Notes under the pieces: generated by a model
What the model saw: only the letters and a program-made list of their open reading frames with translations
Database searches by the model: none
Told to the model about the DNA's origin: nothing
IMG/VR virus record: IMGVR_UViG_3300020171_000004
Coordinates: 1,810 to 65,809 of that record
Length of the DNA: 64,000 nucleotides
DNA from: a virus
Direction: 5' to 3' (one strand)
Translations under genes and position numbers: made by a program
Shown: positions 50,537-60,836 of the stretch, one piece after another
How positions within the stretch are numbered: the stretch's first letter is position 1
Layout of the letters: each line of letters begins with the position of its first letter

Positions 50537-51139
50537 ATGACAATAGATCCAATTGAAAATGAACTTGATTATCCATCAACTAAAGAAGAAACTTTATGGT
50601 ATTTAGGTAAAGTAATAGTTAAAAAACATACTGATCTTGAAGAAGCCAGAGCATGTCTTGAATCAACTATGGGTTCTGGATTTAGCAGCACTGCAACATT
50701 AAGACAGATTTATGGTTGGGAACATTCAATTACTAGATCACAGATGTTTTCTGTACAATTAATTGATATACCAACTTTTGTATCAGTTCACTTAGTTCGT
50801 CATGTTACTACAGTTCCTTTTGTAAGATCTAAAAGGATTGATCGGGATGGTGATGGAACTGAGAATCGTTATACTCCTGTTAATCATAGATTCCTTGCTA
50901 ATGCTGAAGCACTAATTAATATGGCCAGACGTAGACTATGCTATCAAGCATCACCAGAAACACGTGAAGTAATGATAAGGATTAAAGAAGCCATTCGTGA
51001 GATTGATCCAGATCTTGCTTATTATATGGTTCCTAATTGTGTATATCGTGGCGGTATATGTCCTGAACCAAAACCATGCGGTAATTATAAGATCAGGCGA
51101 TTTTTAGGTGAGGATGATGAGAAGAATATGAAAAAATAG
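50537..51139 (+). CDS. truncated, divergent ThyX-like protein
   Basis: FSVQLIDIPTFVSVHLVRHVTTVPFVRSKR aligns to the ThyX pattern F.F...P.FV...l.RHR..S....S.R. NAEALINMARRRLCYQASPETRE aligns to N.R.L.nf..lR....AQ.EIR. The central part of the domain is missing and RHR has become RHV. Confidence 0.5.
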   Translation: MTIDPIENELDYPSTKEETLWYLGKVIVKKHTDLEEARACLESTMGSGFSSTATLRQIYGWEHSITRSQMFSVQLIDIPTFVSVHLVRHVTTVPFVRSKRIDRDGDGTENRYTPVNHRFLANAEALINMARRRLCYQASPETREVMIRIKEAIREIDPDLAYYMVPNCVYRGGICPEPKPCGNYKIRRFLGEDDEKNMKK

Positions 51140-51148
51140 GAGATAATT

Positions 51149-51409
51149 ATGGAAATAATTAATGCAAATATTTCTGCAGATCTTTGTGAAACATCACTTG
51201 AAGAAGGTTTATTTAGGTTACAAAGTGTGGATAAAAATAAAGTATTTTTAATAGCCGCAATTGATTATAAGTTTTTTGATTTATTTCAACTTACTGAGAA
51301 AATGAATTTTCCAATCGCTAATATAGATACTTCTCAAGCATTAACTTATGCATCTTGGTTGTTAATAGATTATTCAGTTAATAAAATATATTATTCTGAA
51401 GGTGCTTAA
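51149..51409 (+). CDS. hypothetical protein, 86 aa
   Basis: TAGGAG SD. Confidence 0.6.
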   Translation: MEIINANISADLCETSLEEGLFRLQSVDKNKVFLIAAIDYKFFDLFQLTEKMNFPIANIDTSQALTYASWLLIDYSVNKIYYSEGA

Positions 51410-51411
51410 AA

Positions 51412-51597
51412 ATGAATTGTTTTAATGCAGTATATGAAGTATATTATTATGATGAATATACTAAACAAGATAAACATATTTATCAATGTGAAAAACATTT
51501 TTTAAGATGGAAAATATTTGCATCTTCTCATGATATACCAATAAGATATAATTTATGTAATAAAAATATTTTATGTGTAGATTGTACTAGATTATAA
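51412..51597 (+). CDS. small Cys-containing protein, 61 aa
   Basis: Last plus-strand gene. Contains CEKH and CNKNILCVDC. Confidence 0.55.
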   Translation: MNCFNAVYEVYYYDEYTKQDKHIYQCEKHFLRWKIFASSHDIPIRYNLCNKNILCVDCTRL

Positions 51598-51625
51598 AAG
51601 ATAAATAAAGTATTAAAAATAAATA

Positions 51626-51660
51626 GTGGTGGGGCATGGATTTCTTCACACCCCCCCATA
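51626..51660. terminator. bidirectional terminator between convergent blocks
   Basis: A G-run (GGTGGGG, 51628-51634) pairs with a C7 run (51651-57) across a 16-nt loop. T-rich or A-rich tracts lie on both sides. Confidence 0.5.
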
Positions 51661-51672
51661 TTAGTTTATTTT

Positions 51673-54600
51673 TTATTGCATTGCTTCTGCAACTTCAAGA
51701 TACCTTTGCAGAATTTGTTCACGCTGTGCCTTGAGTTGTCCAAGTCTAGTCTGAACATTTTCTGTAGATGGTATCTTTTCCAACTTGTTTATCACTGCTT
51801 TATTCCTATTCAATGCTGATTGAAAATTCTCTTGTAACTTTGATTGCTTAAATCGATCAAGATTTGATTCAATGAAAAGTCGCTTATCATCAGAATTTTC
51901 AAGTTGTTTCTTAAACAATCTTGCATCCTTGCTAGCATCTGCAAATTCCTTTGCTGCAATAGATTGTTTATTTTCTGCTCCACGCCCGAAGTGCCAATAG
52001 TAAAGTTTACCAACTCCAGGAATCGAATCAATGATTCTTGCATGATCAAACTTACTTGTATCACCTGAGATATAATTATTGTAAGTTTCATTTACATCTT
52101 TGCTTGCAGCATTGATGAATTTCATTGGAGGTAAAATCATCTGACTAGTTGCAGACCCAATACCATCTTTAGTTACTTGCATCCGCATAAATCTTGAAGC
52201 ACCACCTATTGTTAAGAAATTCTCAATTACATGATCAGAGAACTTTGATTCTTTACCCATCAGGAAGTCTTTAAGTTCATCTGCACCAGCATTAGCAATC
52301 GTCAACAATGCCATCAGTTGAACCATGTTTGTTAGTCCCTGAAGTTTTTGCTGAGGATTATCAGACTTAAGGTTATGCACAACCTCTTTTCTAAATACAT
52401 CAAACTGCTTCAAAGTGTATGTTTTGAGCATATAGAATACTCGACCATTTCCAGAATTGAGATAAAACTCAGGCATCTCAGAAAGAGCAACTGGCTGAAA
52501 GTCAAGCAGTCTAGAATAAAGCAACATCTTAACATTGTCAGATGGATTTCCTGATAAGATTTCCTGGACAACATCAGTTGATTTGCTACCAAATGTTGGC
52601 TTGATCTGCCTATCCAGTGCTTCAGGATTTGCTTTTGCTTGAGCTTTGAATTGATCTAAAGCATTATTAATCAAGACCTCTTTACCTATTGAATCTATCT
52701 TTTCTAGTCCAACAAACTTAAATACCTTACTAACTCCTTTACTTAATGTTGTTCCATCAGCAAACTCCTGGGCGATACGCTCAATTCCTAAATCCTCTTT
52801 AGTTACATCTGACTTATTTATTATTGCTTTAGCAAGATTCTTACCTGTGCTAAGGAATCCATTTGGTGTCCATACTTTACCAACATACATTGCCCATGCT
52901 AAGTCACCAATCTGCGTGATAGCTGACATAGGACTACCCATAGTATCAATGTAAGAAAAGTTTTTATAAGCATTAATTATGCCATGAGTACCTTGTTCAT
53001 GAAATCTTGCATCAAGAATATCACGAACTGTCTTTTCATCTTTCTTTTGAATCCTTCCTTCAGTCATCATCCTGTCAATATAACTACCAATGTTTTCAGT
53101 ATAATTATTGGTATGTTTATACTCATTCAGCTTTTCATCAATGATGGTAATGTTTTCATTTAATGTACTGATTCGATCTTCAAAATCCATCAGTCTTTCA
53201 GGATTCTCAGCACGAGCCATATCAGCAAGCATATTAAGTTTTATCAACTCAGCTTGTTTTTGTTTCTTTGATGATTTCAATCCACTGATTCTCTCAGGAA
53301 CCTTACCAAAGAATTTTCTTGCCTCAATCTTCTTAGTCATACTATAAACATACTGCATCAATGCTGCATCAGCGTCCATATAAAATGGTGCATACTCTTT
53401 TGGAATAGTCTCAAATACACGAGATTGAATATTACCAGGTCCACCAATTCCTCGATGATTTCCAAGAATTAAATTACTTATGATGTCTGCTTTGACTTCA
53501 GGAAAATCGCGCTCAAATTGTTCTTGAGTTAATCCAAGTTTCTTTGCCTGTGCCCTGATCGCTTCAGTAAACATAGGCCGCTGAGAAATTTCTTGCGTTG
53601 CTTGCAGAAATCCCTCCTGGTCTTTAATAACACGTGGCCAATACTCTTCAATAAAGTTTACATCATAACCAACTGTGATAGCATCTTTACGAAGTTGATT
53701 TAGTTTCTCACGAAGAGCAACAAGCTGATCAGTAAGATTGTACTTTTGTGCTAGCTGCTCGATCTTACCTTTATCAGAGTTAAGCCTTGCCCAATTCCAC
53801 TCAACTTGTTCATCTGCTGTCATACCACCTTGACGGATGCCTAAAGCATTCTTAGCTCCATTAGTTGCATCAAGGATTGGTTTAGCTACCTTCAATACAT
53901 CAATGATCTTCTGACTTGTTTTAAAATCAAGCCATCTCAGGTGTTCACTTAATTCTGGATCAACATTTTTAAGCCTTGTTGATATTGATCCTAATGCCTT
54001 ATCAGCAAGAAGTTTGATTTCATGAACTTTTATTCTTGCTTGTTGTGCATAGTTTTGCAAGAGGTTATTCTTTTCTGATTTCAATGCTTCATAATCTACC
54101 TGTAGAATCTTTTGCTCAGCAACTTGAAACATTGAGAAACTATCAGTAGTTTTATCAGTGATTGGAAGATAAGATATCATCATAGGCATAGCAATAGTGA
54201 TATCAGTACCTTGATAACGCATAATATCAGATATTTTTTCAGCAATTTTATTACCTATAAAAATCATTCTACCATCATCAAAAGTATTTAATGCCTCTTC
54301 TTTAGATATTTTTACATCTTCATTAATATTACTTTCAATTGATTCAAGTTTCCCATTCCCATAAGATTCAAGCATGGCCGGAATAGTCTTATCATATAAG
54401 GTCTTGAGTCCTTCGCCACCAACCTTTAAATCAAGGCCAGAATATGTACCTCCGTTATCAGTTATTATCTTCTTTGCAAGTTCTTTTCCTATATGACTTT
54501 CTAAAGCATCAGCTGATACATCACCAGAGTAAACTGGATTTCCATCTTTTCCATCAACCTCTAAATAGAATTTACCATTATTTAATGCTTTTGCATTTAT

Positions 54601-57600
54601 AGAGTCTACCTGATTCTCCAACGAGTACCTATCCGCCTGAGTCTCACCAGCAGTCATTCCAGGCCTAGTAACTAATGATACACCATCAAATCCATTCTCT
54701 TTAGCATAAGCAAGAACTCGCTTGATACCAAGCTGATAGATATTCTCTTTCAAGTGCTTTGGCATCTTAGCTTGATTGTCTGATAATGGTCCTTGCATTT
54801 CTTCAATGCGAAGAATTCGCTTACCGTCTGCATTGATTTCGTTGAAACGAATACGGACGATTGGATTCTTGATATCTGAGTATTGAGAGTGGCCATCCCC
54901 CCAGTGATTCTCAAATTCCATACTACGAATATCGTTCACCTCATTGTGGAGCTTCAAAAACTTTTTTACTGCTTCCTTAGATGTTCCCCCGGTCTTTATG
55001 GGTTTACTTTCATAGCCGTTTTCAACAACCCAAAAAATGCCATTCTTGTCTAAGACACTATACCCTTCTGGGAGAGACTTAATTGTGCTCTGGTTTTTCC
55101 CATGAGCCGTGATAAACATCTCCCTGTAGCTGCCATCGACTGCGCCTGGTTCGGTATATTGGGAGAAGTGGGTTTTCTTTCCATCAATAACCTTCTGCAT
55201 AGCTGATTTAAGTTCCCAATACCTACCATGTTCTTCTGGAGTCATTCTCATTTCATCAATGATATATTTCCTGTCTAAAGATCTGAATTCTTCTTGATTT
55301 TTTAAAGATAAGTTCTTTTCATCGCTTAATACTACATCATCTAATTCAACCATATTTGCTTTGACAAAGTTACTCAATTCTTCTTTAGTAACTATATCAG
55401 TAGGTTTCTTAGCAGCTAACCATTCTTGCAGGCCAATAGCTTGAATCTCTTGATAAGGTCTTTGCTCATTAGTATTTTTCAGTTTACTTTTCAGGTATGG
55501 AATAACTTTCTGTGCTTTAAGTTCTGCAGGAAAATCATTAAACACTGCACTCTGAAGTCTTGAATAAAATGCCTGAGCAACTTGCATTAATTCTTTTCCT
55601 TCAAGTGTTTGATTAGCTGCCAGTCGCTCATAAATCTTTCCAGTTTCTACTTCACGAGCTAAGCCTGAAACTGTTTGTTGACCAAAGCTCAGCATCTGCT
55701 GAAAGAAATCCATGATCCGCTGAATAGTCTTACCGAAAGTAGTATTTCGGTATGATTCTCGATTCACCATGATCTGCGCGAAAGTGTTTGCTCGATTCTC
55801 AACCATTCGCTGCTTAGCATCTTCATGAGTACTGAGTGCAAATTCAAGCTTGTTAGCTTTGCGAAGTTTATTAAATTCTGCATTTAAAGCTGAATCATCT
55901 GCAGGAGTTATCATCCCAAGATTATCAAGCACATGCTTGTTCTCATGCCAAAGAGTCTTGTTATCTGCAAAGTTTTCATCAAGAAGAATGTCTGAGCCAA
56001 TAGTAATACCAAGGATTTTTCCTGCTTTTGACATCTGACCAGTTTCAATTGCCAACTTAACAAAGCCTTGACCAGCAGTTTGAATACTTTTGATTGTTAA
56101 TCCTTGACCATTTTTAAACTTAACTGAGACATTTCCATCAGCATCTTGAATTATTTCTTGATTTGGAAAAGCTTTTTTAATATCTTCAAGATTGACTTTA
56201 CTTAAGCCTTCTTGATTTTCAGTTGATTGAAATTGTGTCTGTCCTTCAACAGTATGAATATTTTTTGCATCAAAAACATTAATCTCAAAAGCAGCAGCTA
56301 AAGATTTCCCATCAATAACTGCATCATATCCAGCAGCCTTAAATGCTTCAGTAGCTTTAAAACCATCTGCTTTATTTAAGATACTAGACTTACCTAAAGC
56401 ATCTTGAAGTAACTGCTTATATTCAGGAGAATTTTTATATAAAGGATTTTTAAAACTAAACCTTGCTTCAGCTATACGTCCAGGTTTACCTGTAGTATTT
56501 TCTGCTGCATCAGCATATCCTTCAGCATAATCTTTCTTTACAGTAAAATAATGCCCTGCACCAGACCAGCCATGTTCAAATGATTGTATCTTAGCATTAT
56601 CAAAAGAATCAAAAGGTTCTGCAGATGTTCCATGAAAACCAGTTAATTCTTGTCCTGCTTCATTTTTAGTATAACCTTCAGCTACTTGAAACTGTGGAGC
56701 AAATCCACCAGTCTCTGCATTAGCTTCTGGTGATGTATATTGAGGCCTGTTTTGTTTATTCCATTGATCTTGCAACAAACCATTTTCTGTGTAAAGCGAA
56801 GCACTTTCTTGCTGAAGAACTGCTAACTCATTTGGATCAGTAGTCGTAGCTATCTGATCAGCCAAAGCAGCAGATTGTTGTTCATTTACATTTAACTGCT
56901 CTTCCAACTCTTTGATAGAAGGAACTTGTTCACCTACACCGACTTGTCCGGTGGGCGCAAATTGCTGTTCATTTGTGAACGAACTTGCCACACTTGAAGC
57001 AAGTCCTTTTTGGTTTTCTGGAACTGCTGGATCATATGTTTTATAAAGATCATCAATGCGTTTCTGCACCAGACGATTTGTAACATCTTGAGGATTATCA
57101 AACAGCCATCCACGCTGAGGTTCTGGTTTAGCATTTTTGCGCTGATTATATTCAAGTGATATTTGCCTTTGAACTGCTACATCAATCTCATCTTTGCTCA
57201 TACCTGATGCAATAGAATTATGAATCCATCCATCAACTTTAGCTTCATCTACATTGCCTGGAGCAGAAGGATTATATGTATCATATTGCTTGTTTATTTC
57301 ATTGCCAATAAACCTATTATTAACAGTTGAGTTATCATCATATGCCCAACCTCTAACAGGAGTATTCTTCTTTTGATTATAATCCAATGCTGCTTGTCGC
57401 TGCTTTGCATAATCATTAAGTCCTTGATCTTCTTGAGGAACTTCTTTCTGCATCCATCCAGCATTTAACTTATTTGATAATTGTACTGGTCTATTGCCTT
57501 CAGTTGGAAATACAAATTCATTACTTCTTCCATGACCTCTTGCAGCATGTCTACCAATCAATTCTGCGGGAATAGTAACTTCAGTAACAGCACCAAACTG

Positions 57601-59040
57601 TTCAGCTTTAGTTTTATCAGTTGTCCACCACTCACCATTAAGAGTATTCTCATTATTCTCTCCTCTATAGAGAGTAACGTTTTGTCCTGGAGCTAGATTA
57701 TCCCAAGTCGCTGCTTTGGTTTCTGTTACTGGTTGCTTAATTCGTTGTTCAGGTTCTTGCTGCTGTATTGGCTGATCTATCTGCTGTTCTACTACTTGCT
57801 CAGTCTGCGCAGGCTTCAATATTGATACAATTTCTTCAAGTTCATATTTTTTAACGAATTCATCAGGAGACATTTCACCAGAATCAAGCTTTGCTTTATC
57901 AGCTTCAATCTCTATAGATTTTTGATTAAACTCTTCATCAATCTTGGCCCTAGCATCAGAAGATTGTTTAACCAATTGCTTCTCAAGTTCAAAGTCTCGT
58001 TTACCATTAATGATAACTTCAAATTTACTAGCATCAGGTTGAACTGCTTCAGGCTGAGCCTGATCAGTTCCTTCATTAGCAGCGAGTTCTTGCTCAGTCA
58101 CTTCAGGCTTACTAGGTGCTCCTGGAAGTAAGTTTGCACCAGCACCCATTGCACCACCAAGAATGATAGCTTTTGCTGAGGCCTCAGGAACTCCCTCAAG
58201 CAAAGGCTTATCAAGTGCTGCATTAGTGAATATTGTCTCTTGAACAGTTTGTGGTAACTCTTCAAACACACTTTCAGTAATACCACCACCAACAATAGAT
58301 TTTACAACACCTTTAAAGCCTTCCTTCTTAGCTGGATTCAAACCAGAAACTACCATTGTATCAATATCAGTAAAGCCTAGTTTCTTAGATAATGATCCAC
58401 CAACAACACCAAATATTGAAGTACCAAGGCCAGATAATGCCGCTAAACCAGACTGTGTTGCAGTAGTTAATCTGTCTGGAGTTTGTTCTCTTATCTGCTC
58501 TTCTGTTTGCCCAGCACTTATTGCACCCTCACCAATAGCACCAGCAGCAATAACTGATCCTGTCTTTCCTAAAGCAGTCACAGCCTTTGGAGCAAATTTA
58601 CTACCAACTGCAAGGGCACCACGACCTAAGACCCCACCAGCAGCAACAGATGGCAAAGTCTCGACAATACCATGCGCAATAGTACTTGGACTTGCCAGCA
58701 TAGCCTTAGCTGTATCAACAAAGCCTTTTGCATCATCAACACTTTTATTAGCTTCTTGCTGTGCAGGAGAGAACTCTGTGGATAACTCTTGTTGCCATTC
58801 TGCTGGTTTTATCCCGATTGTCTCAAGACCACGGCCAATATGACCACCTGTAGGAATATCAGCAAGCCCTATAATACCTTGGCCAGCACCAACAACACCT
58901 TTAGCAAGAGATATACTAGCATCTTTTAGATTAGATCCTAAAGTACGTTCATATTTAGGTTTTTGAACTTGAGTATCATCAAATAAATTTCCTACTACTG
59001 GCGAAGTAGTGTCTTGTGTATCATCAAAAAGACCGGCCAT
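51673..59040 (-). CDS. giant 2455-aa multidomain polyvalent-type protein (candidate ejected virion protein) with an H-Y-E ADP-ribosyltransferase-like domain and an HExxH metallopeptidase motif
   Basis: Residues 40-310 are Gly/Ala-rich and hydrophobic. The ART-like signature is FHGTS (H803), GHYFT (Y831) and AFEINVF (E919), as in PARP and diphtheria toxin. WHENKH lies at residues 1031-1036. There is a tandem repeat of about 60 aa at residues 541-676. The rest is a long helical region. Confidence 0.8.
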   Translation of the reverse strand: MAGLFDDTQDTTSPVVGNLFDDTQVQKPKYERTLGSNLKDASISLAKGVVGAGQGIIGLADIPTGGHIGRGLETIGIKPAEWQQELSTEFSPAQQEANKSVDDAKGFVDTAKAMLASPSTIAHGIVETLPSVAAGGVLGRGALAVGSKFAPKAVTALGKTGSVIAAGAIGEGAISAGQTEEQIREQTPDRLTTATQSGLAALSGLGTSIFGVVGGSLSKKLGFTDIDTMVVSGLNPAKKEGFKGVVKSIVGGGITESVFEELPQTVQETIFTNAALDKPLLEGVPEASAKAIILGGAMGAGANLLPGAPSKPEVTEQELAANEGTDQAQPEAVQPDASKFEVIINGKRDFELEKQLVKQSSDARAKIDEEFNQKSIEIEADKAKLDSGEMSPDEFVKKYELEEIVSILKPAQTEQVVEQQIDQPIQQQEPEQRIKQPVTETKAATWDNLAPGQNVTLYRGENNENTLNGEWWTTDKTKAEQFGAVTEVTIPAELIGRHAARGHGRSNEFVFPTEGNRPVQLSNKLNAGWMQKEVPQEDQGLNDYAKQRQAALDYNQKKNTPVRGWAYDDNSTVNNRFIGNEINKQYDTYNPSAPGNVDEAKVDGWIHNSIASGMSKDEIDVAVQRQISLEYNQRKNAKPEPQRGWLFDNPQDVTNRLVQKRIDDLYKTYDPAVPENQKGLASSVASSFTNEQQFAPTGQVGVGEQVPSIKELEEQLNVNEQQSAALADQIATTTDPNELAVLQQESASLYTENGLLQDQWNKQNRPQYTSPEANAETGGFAPQFQVAEGYTKNEAGQELTGFHGTSAEPFDSFDNAKIQSFEHGWSGAGHYFTVKKDYAEGYADAAENTTGKPGRIAEARFSFKNPLYKNSPEYKQLLQDALGKSSILNKADGFKATEAFKAAGYDAVIDGKSLAAAFEINVFDAKNIHTVEGQTQFQSTENQEGLSKVNLEDIKKAFPNQEIIQDADGNVSVKFKNGQGLTIKSIQTAGQGFVKLAIETGQMSKAGKILGITIGSDILLDENFADNKTLWHENKHVLDNLGMITPADDSALNAEFNKLRKANKLEFALSTHEDAKQRMVENRANTFAQIMVNRESYRNTTFGKTIQRIMDFFQQMLSFGQQTVSGLAREVETGKIYERLAANQTLEGKELMQVAQAFYSRLQSAVFNDFPAELKAQKVIPYLKSKLKNTNEQRPYQEIQAIGLQEWLAAKKPTDIVTKEELSNFVKANMVELDDVVLSDEKNLSLKNQEEFRSLDRKYIIDEMRMTPEEHGRYWELKSAMQKVIDGKKTHFSQYTEPGAVDGSYREMFITAHGKNQSTIKSLPEGYSVLDKNGIFWVVENGYESKPIKTGGTSKEAVKKFLKLHNEVNDIRSMEFENHWGDGHSQYSDIKNPIVRIRFNEINADGKRILRIEEMQGPLSDNQAKMPKHLKENIYQLGIKRVLAYAKENGFDGVSLVTRPGMTAGETQADRYSLENQVDSINAKALNNGKFYLEVDGKDGNPVYSGDVSADALESHIGKELAKKIITDNGGTYSGLDLKVGGEGLKTLYDKTIPAMLESYGNGKLESIESNINEDVKISKEEALNTFDDGRMIFIGNKIAEKISDIMRYQGTDITIAMPMMISYLPITDKTTDSFSMFQVAEQKILQVDYEALKSEKNNLLQNYAQQARIKVHEIKLLADKALGSISTRLKNVDPELSEHLRWLDFKTSQKIIDVLKVAKPILDATNGAKNALGIRQGGMTADEQVEWNWARLNSDKGKIEQLAQKYNLTDQLVALREKLNQLRKDAITVGYDVNFIEEYWPRVIKDQEGFLQATQEISQRPMFTEAIRAQAKKLGLTQEQFERDFPEVKADIISNLILGNHRGIGGPGNIQSRVFETIPKEYAPFYMDADAALMQYVYSMTKKIEARKFFGKVPERISGLKSSKKQKQAELIKLNMLADMARAENPERLMDFEDRISTLNENITIIDEKLNEYKHTNNYTENIGSYIDRMMTEGRIQKKDEKTVRDILDARFHEQGTHGIINAYKNFSYIDTMGSPMSAITQIGDLAWAMYVGKVWTPNGFLSTGKNLAKAIINKSDVTKEDLGIERIAQEFADGTTLSKGVSKVFKFVGLEKIDSIGKEVLINNALDQFKAQAKANPEALDRQIKPTFGSKSTDVVQEILSGNPSDNVKMLLYSRLLDFQPVALSEMPEFYLNSGNGRVFYMLKTYTLKQFDVFRKEVVHNLKSDNPQQKLQGLTNMVQLMALLTIANAGADELKDFLMGKESKFSDHVIENFLTIGGASRFMRMQVTKDGIGSATSQMILPPMKFINAASKDVNETYNNYISGDTSKFDHARIIDSIPGVGKLYYWHFGRGAENKQSIAAKEFADASKDARLFKKQLENSDDKRLFIESNLDRFKQSKLQENFQSALNRNKAVINKLEKIPSTENVQTRLGQLKAQREQILQRYLEVAEAMQ

Positions 59041-59089
59041 TTTACACCTATAATTTAATTATTAATTAGTTGATTAGTTGATAATACTC

Positions 59090-60328
59090 TTAATATGGAA
59101 GTGTCCCAAATCTTTTGATATATTCAGCTTCATAATCTTTATTACCTTTCATTTTTATCATTCGATCTTTAGTAGCATTTGAAGGCTTTTCTAAAGCTGT
59201 TTGCTGCTTATCCATTAGATCTTCTAAGTAGGTAGCTTTTCCACCTCTCACAAAAACATTCCTCTTTCTTGTCTGTAGGCTATCAACTTGTTGACCATCC
59301 TTATTAGTAATCATTATTGGTTCTTCAACAATTTGCCATGATCCTTTATCTAATGGATTCTGCAATGCATTAATTTGAGCATCACGCAAAGCACTTTCTG
59401 AATCAGTACTTAATGCATCAATACGATTTTTCTCACGGTCATTTGTATTTCTATTTTTCTCACTCTGTATTGCTGTATGATAGTTAAGCTGAGCTTTATA
59501 CTGTTCAACTGCATCTTGGCGCTCACGTGGACTCATTCCAGTTGTATCTGGAGGTTGTGGACCTGCATCAAGTTTTGCTAATGCTCGATCTTTATTTTCT
59601 TGGTTAGTCTCAACTGTTCCTTGATGTTGAAATTTCATTTGACGAATGTTTTCTTGTATATCATTTGTCGACATACTACCATCATAGGTAATATCAAGAT
59701 CACCTACTATAGCTCTTACTGGCTGACCAAGTGTTCTTAATGAAACTGGATTTGCTTGATTATCTGTTTGTCCATGCACAGTCATTGTATTTTTACCTAT
59801 GGATAACTGTCTATCACCATTAGGCATAGTTTGTTCATACATTGGTGTTCTATCTTTTGAATAAGCATCAGATTCAGCAACTAAAGTTCTCTTAGGTTCA
59901 GCCTTCTGTGCTATGAAAGGAGCTATTGCATCTTCGATAGTAGATTCTCCACCAAAGTGTGAATTACTAATACCTTTTTGCACTTGTAAATCTTTAAGTT
60001 TTCTATTAGTATCAGTAATTGCCGGATTAATAATTGTTTTATTTATGTTTGGCAAAGACACTTCTTTTGCTTGGTCATCAAAATACTTAGCTTCTTTTGC
60101 CTGTCTAGCAAGATATCTATCTTTATCTTCAGGCGTTGCTGTTCCAAGTGCAGTACGTTGATCATAGTTTGCATCTTTAACATTATCAATAATACCACCA
60201 AGAGCCCTGTTTGCACTTAATGCTGCATCTCCTGCACCTGAAAGACCACGTACAAAAGGTTTTACTAGATTAATGTTTGCATCCTGTGCTTTCAGAAGTC
60301 TTTCATCTTCATATCGACTATAAGCCAT
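59090..60328 (-). CDS. hypothetical late protein, 412 aa (internal virion protein candidate)
   Basis: Hydrophilic with no TM segment, lying just upstream of the giant gene. The call is by position only. Confidence 0.7.
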   Translation of the reverse strand: MAYSRYEDERLLKAQDANINLVKPFVRGLSGAGDAALSANRALGGIIDNVKDANYDQRTALGTATPEDKDRYLARQAKEAKYFDDQAKEVSLPNINKTIINPAITDTNRKLKDLQVQKGISNSHFGGESTIEDAIAPFIAQKAEPKRTLVAESDAYSKDRTPMYEQTMPNGDRQLSIGKNTMTVHGQTDNQANPVSLRTLGQPVRAIVGDLDITYDGSMSTNDIQENIRQMKFQHQGTVETNQENKDRALAKLDAGPQPPDTTGMSPRERQDAVEQYKAQLNYHTAIQSEKNRNTNDREKNRIDALSTDSESALRDAQINALQNPLDKGSWQIVEEPIMITNKDGQQVDSLQTRKRNVFVRGGKATYLEDLMDKQQTALEKPSNATKDRMIKMKGNKDYEAEYIKRFGTLPY

Positions 60329-60330
60329 TT

Positions 60331-60804
60331 TTAATTTCTCCGTCTATGATGTATTGAATAAAGTGCAAGAATTGAATCAACTGCAAAGAATGATCCACTA
60401 ACATTTTCAAATTTAAAATCAGCATAAACCCACTTATAGCCGACACCACGATTAATTGCAAACATTTTAACTTGCTTAGTTTCACCAGCATTAGGTGTTA
60501 TAGTATATGGCCCATTAATACTATCACCATTACCAGTTACAGTAAGATTTAGTTGACCATTAAATTCTCCAGCAACATAAACTCTTCGTAATCTTTTTGG
60601 ATGATTATCATCAAAATCAACAGTATATGGAATAAAGTAAGCATCAATATTGACTCCATTATCTGTATCACTACAGCATAGTTTAAATAATCCTTCTGGA
60701 CCAGCCCCAAGTTTTACTCCATTAAACATACACATTGAAGTAAAGTCAAAATTAGTATACTGTGTTGATGCAGTATTTGTTAGGTTTGTTCTTACTGTTT
60801 GCAT
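60331..60804 (-). CDS. hypothetical late protein, 157 aa
   Basis: Beta-rich, and separated from the next gene by 2 nt. Confidence 0.7.
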   Translation of the reverse strand: MQTVRTNLTNTASTQYTNFDFTSMCMFNGVKLGAGPEGLFKLCCSDTDNGVNIDAYFIPYTVDFDDNHPKRLRRVYVAGEFNGQLNLTVTGNGDSINGPYTITPNAGETKQVKMFAINRGVGYKWVYADFKFENVSGSFFAVDSILALYSIHHRRRN

Positions 60805-60836
60805 TATTAAACCTTTATAGATTCTTTATTATTAAT

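Noticed and set aside
51673-59040. The giant ORF as an N4-like virion RNA polymerase or a crAss-like two-barrel polymerase.
   Set aside because: I found no DxDGD/NADFDGD-type metal-binding motif and no T7-like polymerase motifs. The recognisable signatures are ART-like and HExxH instead.
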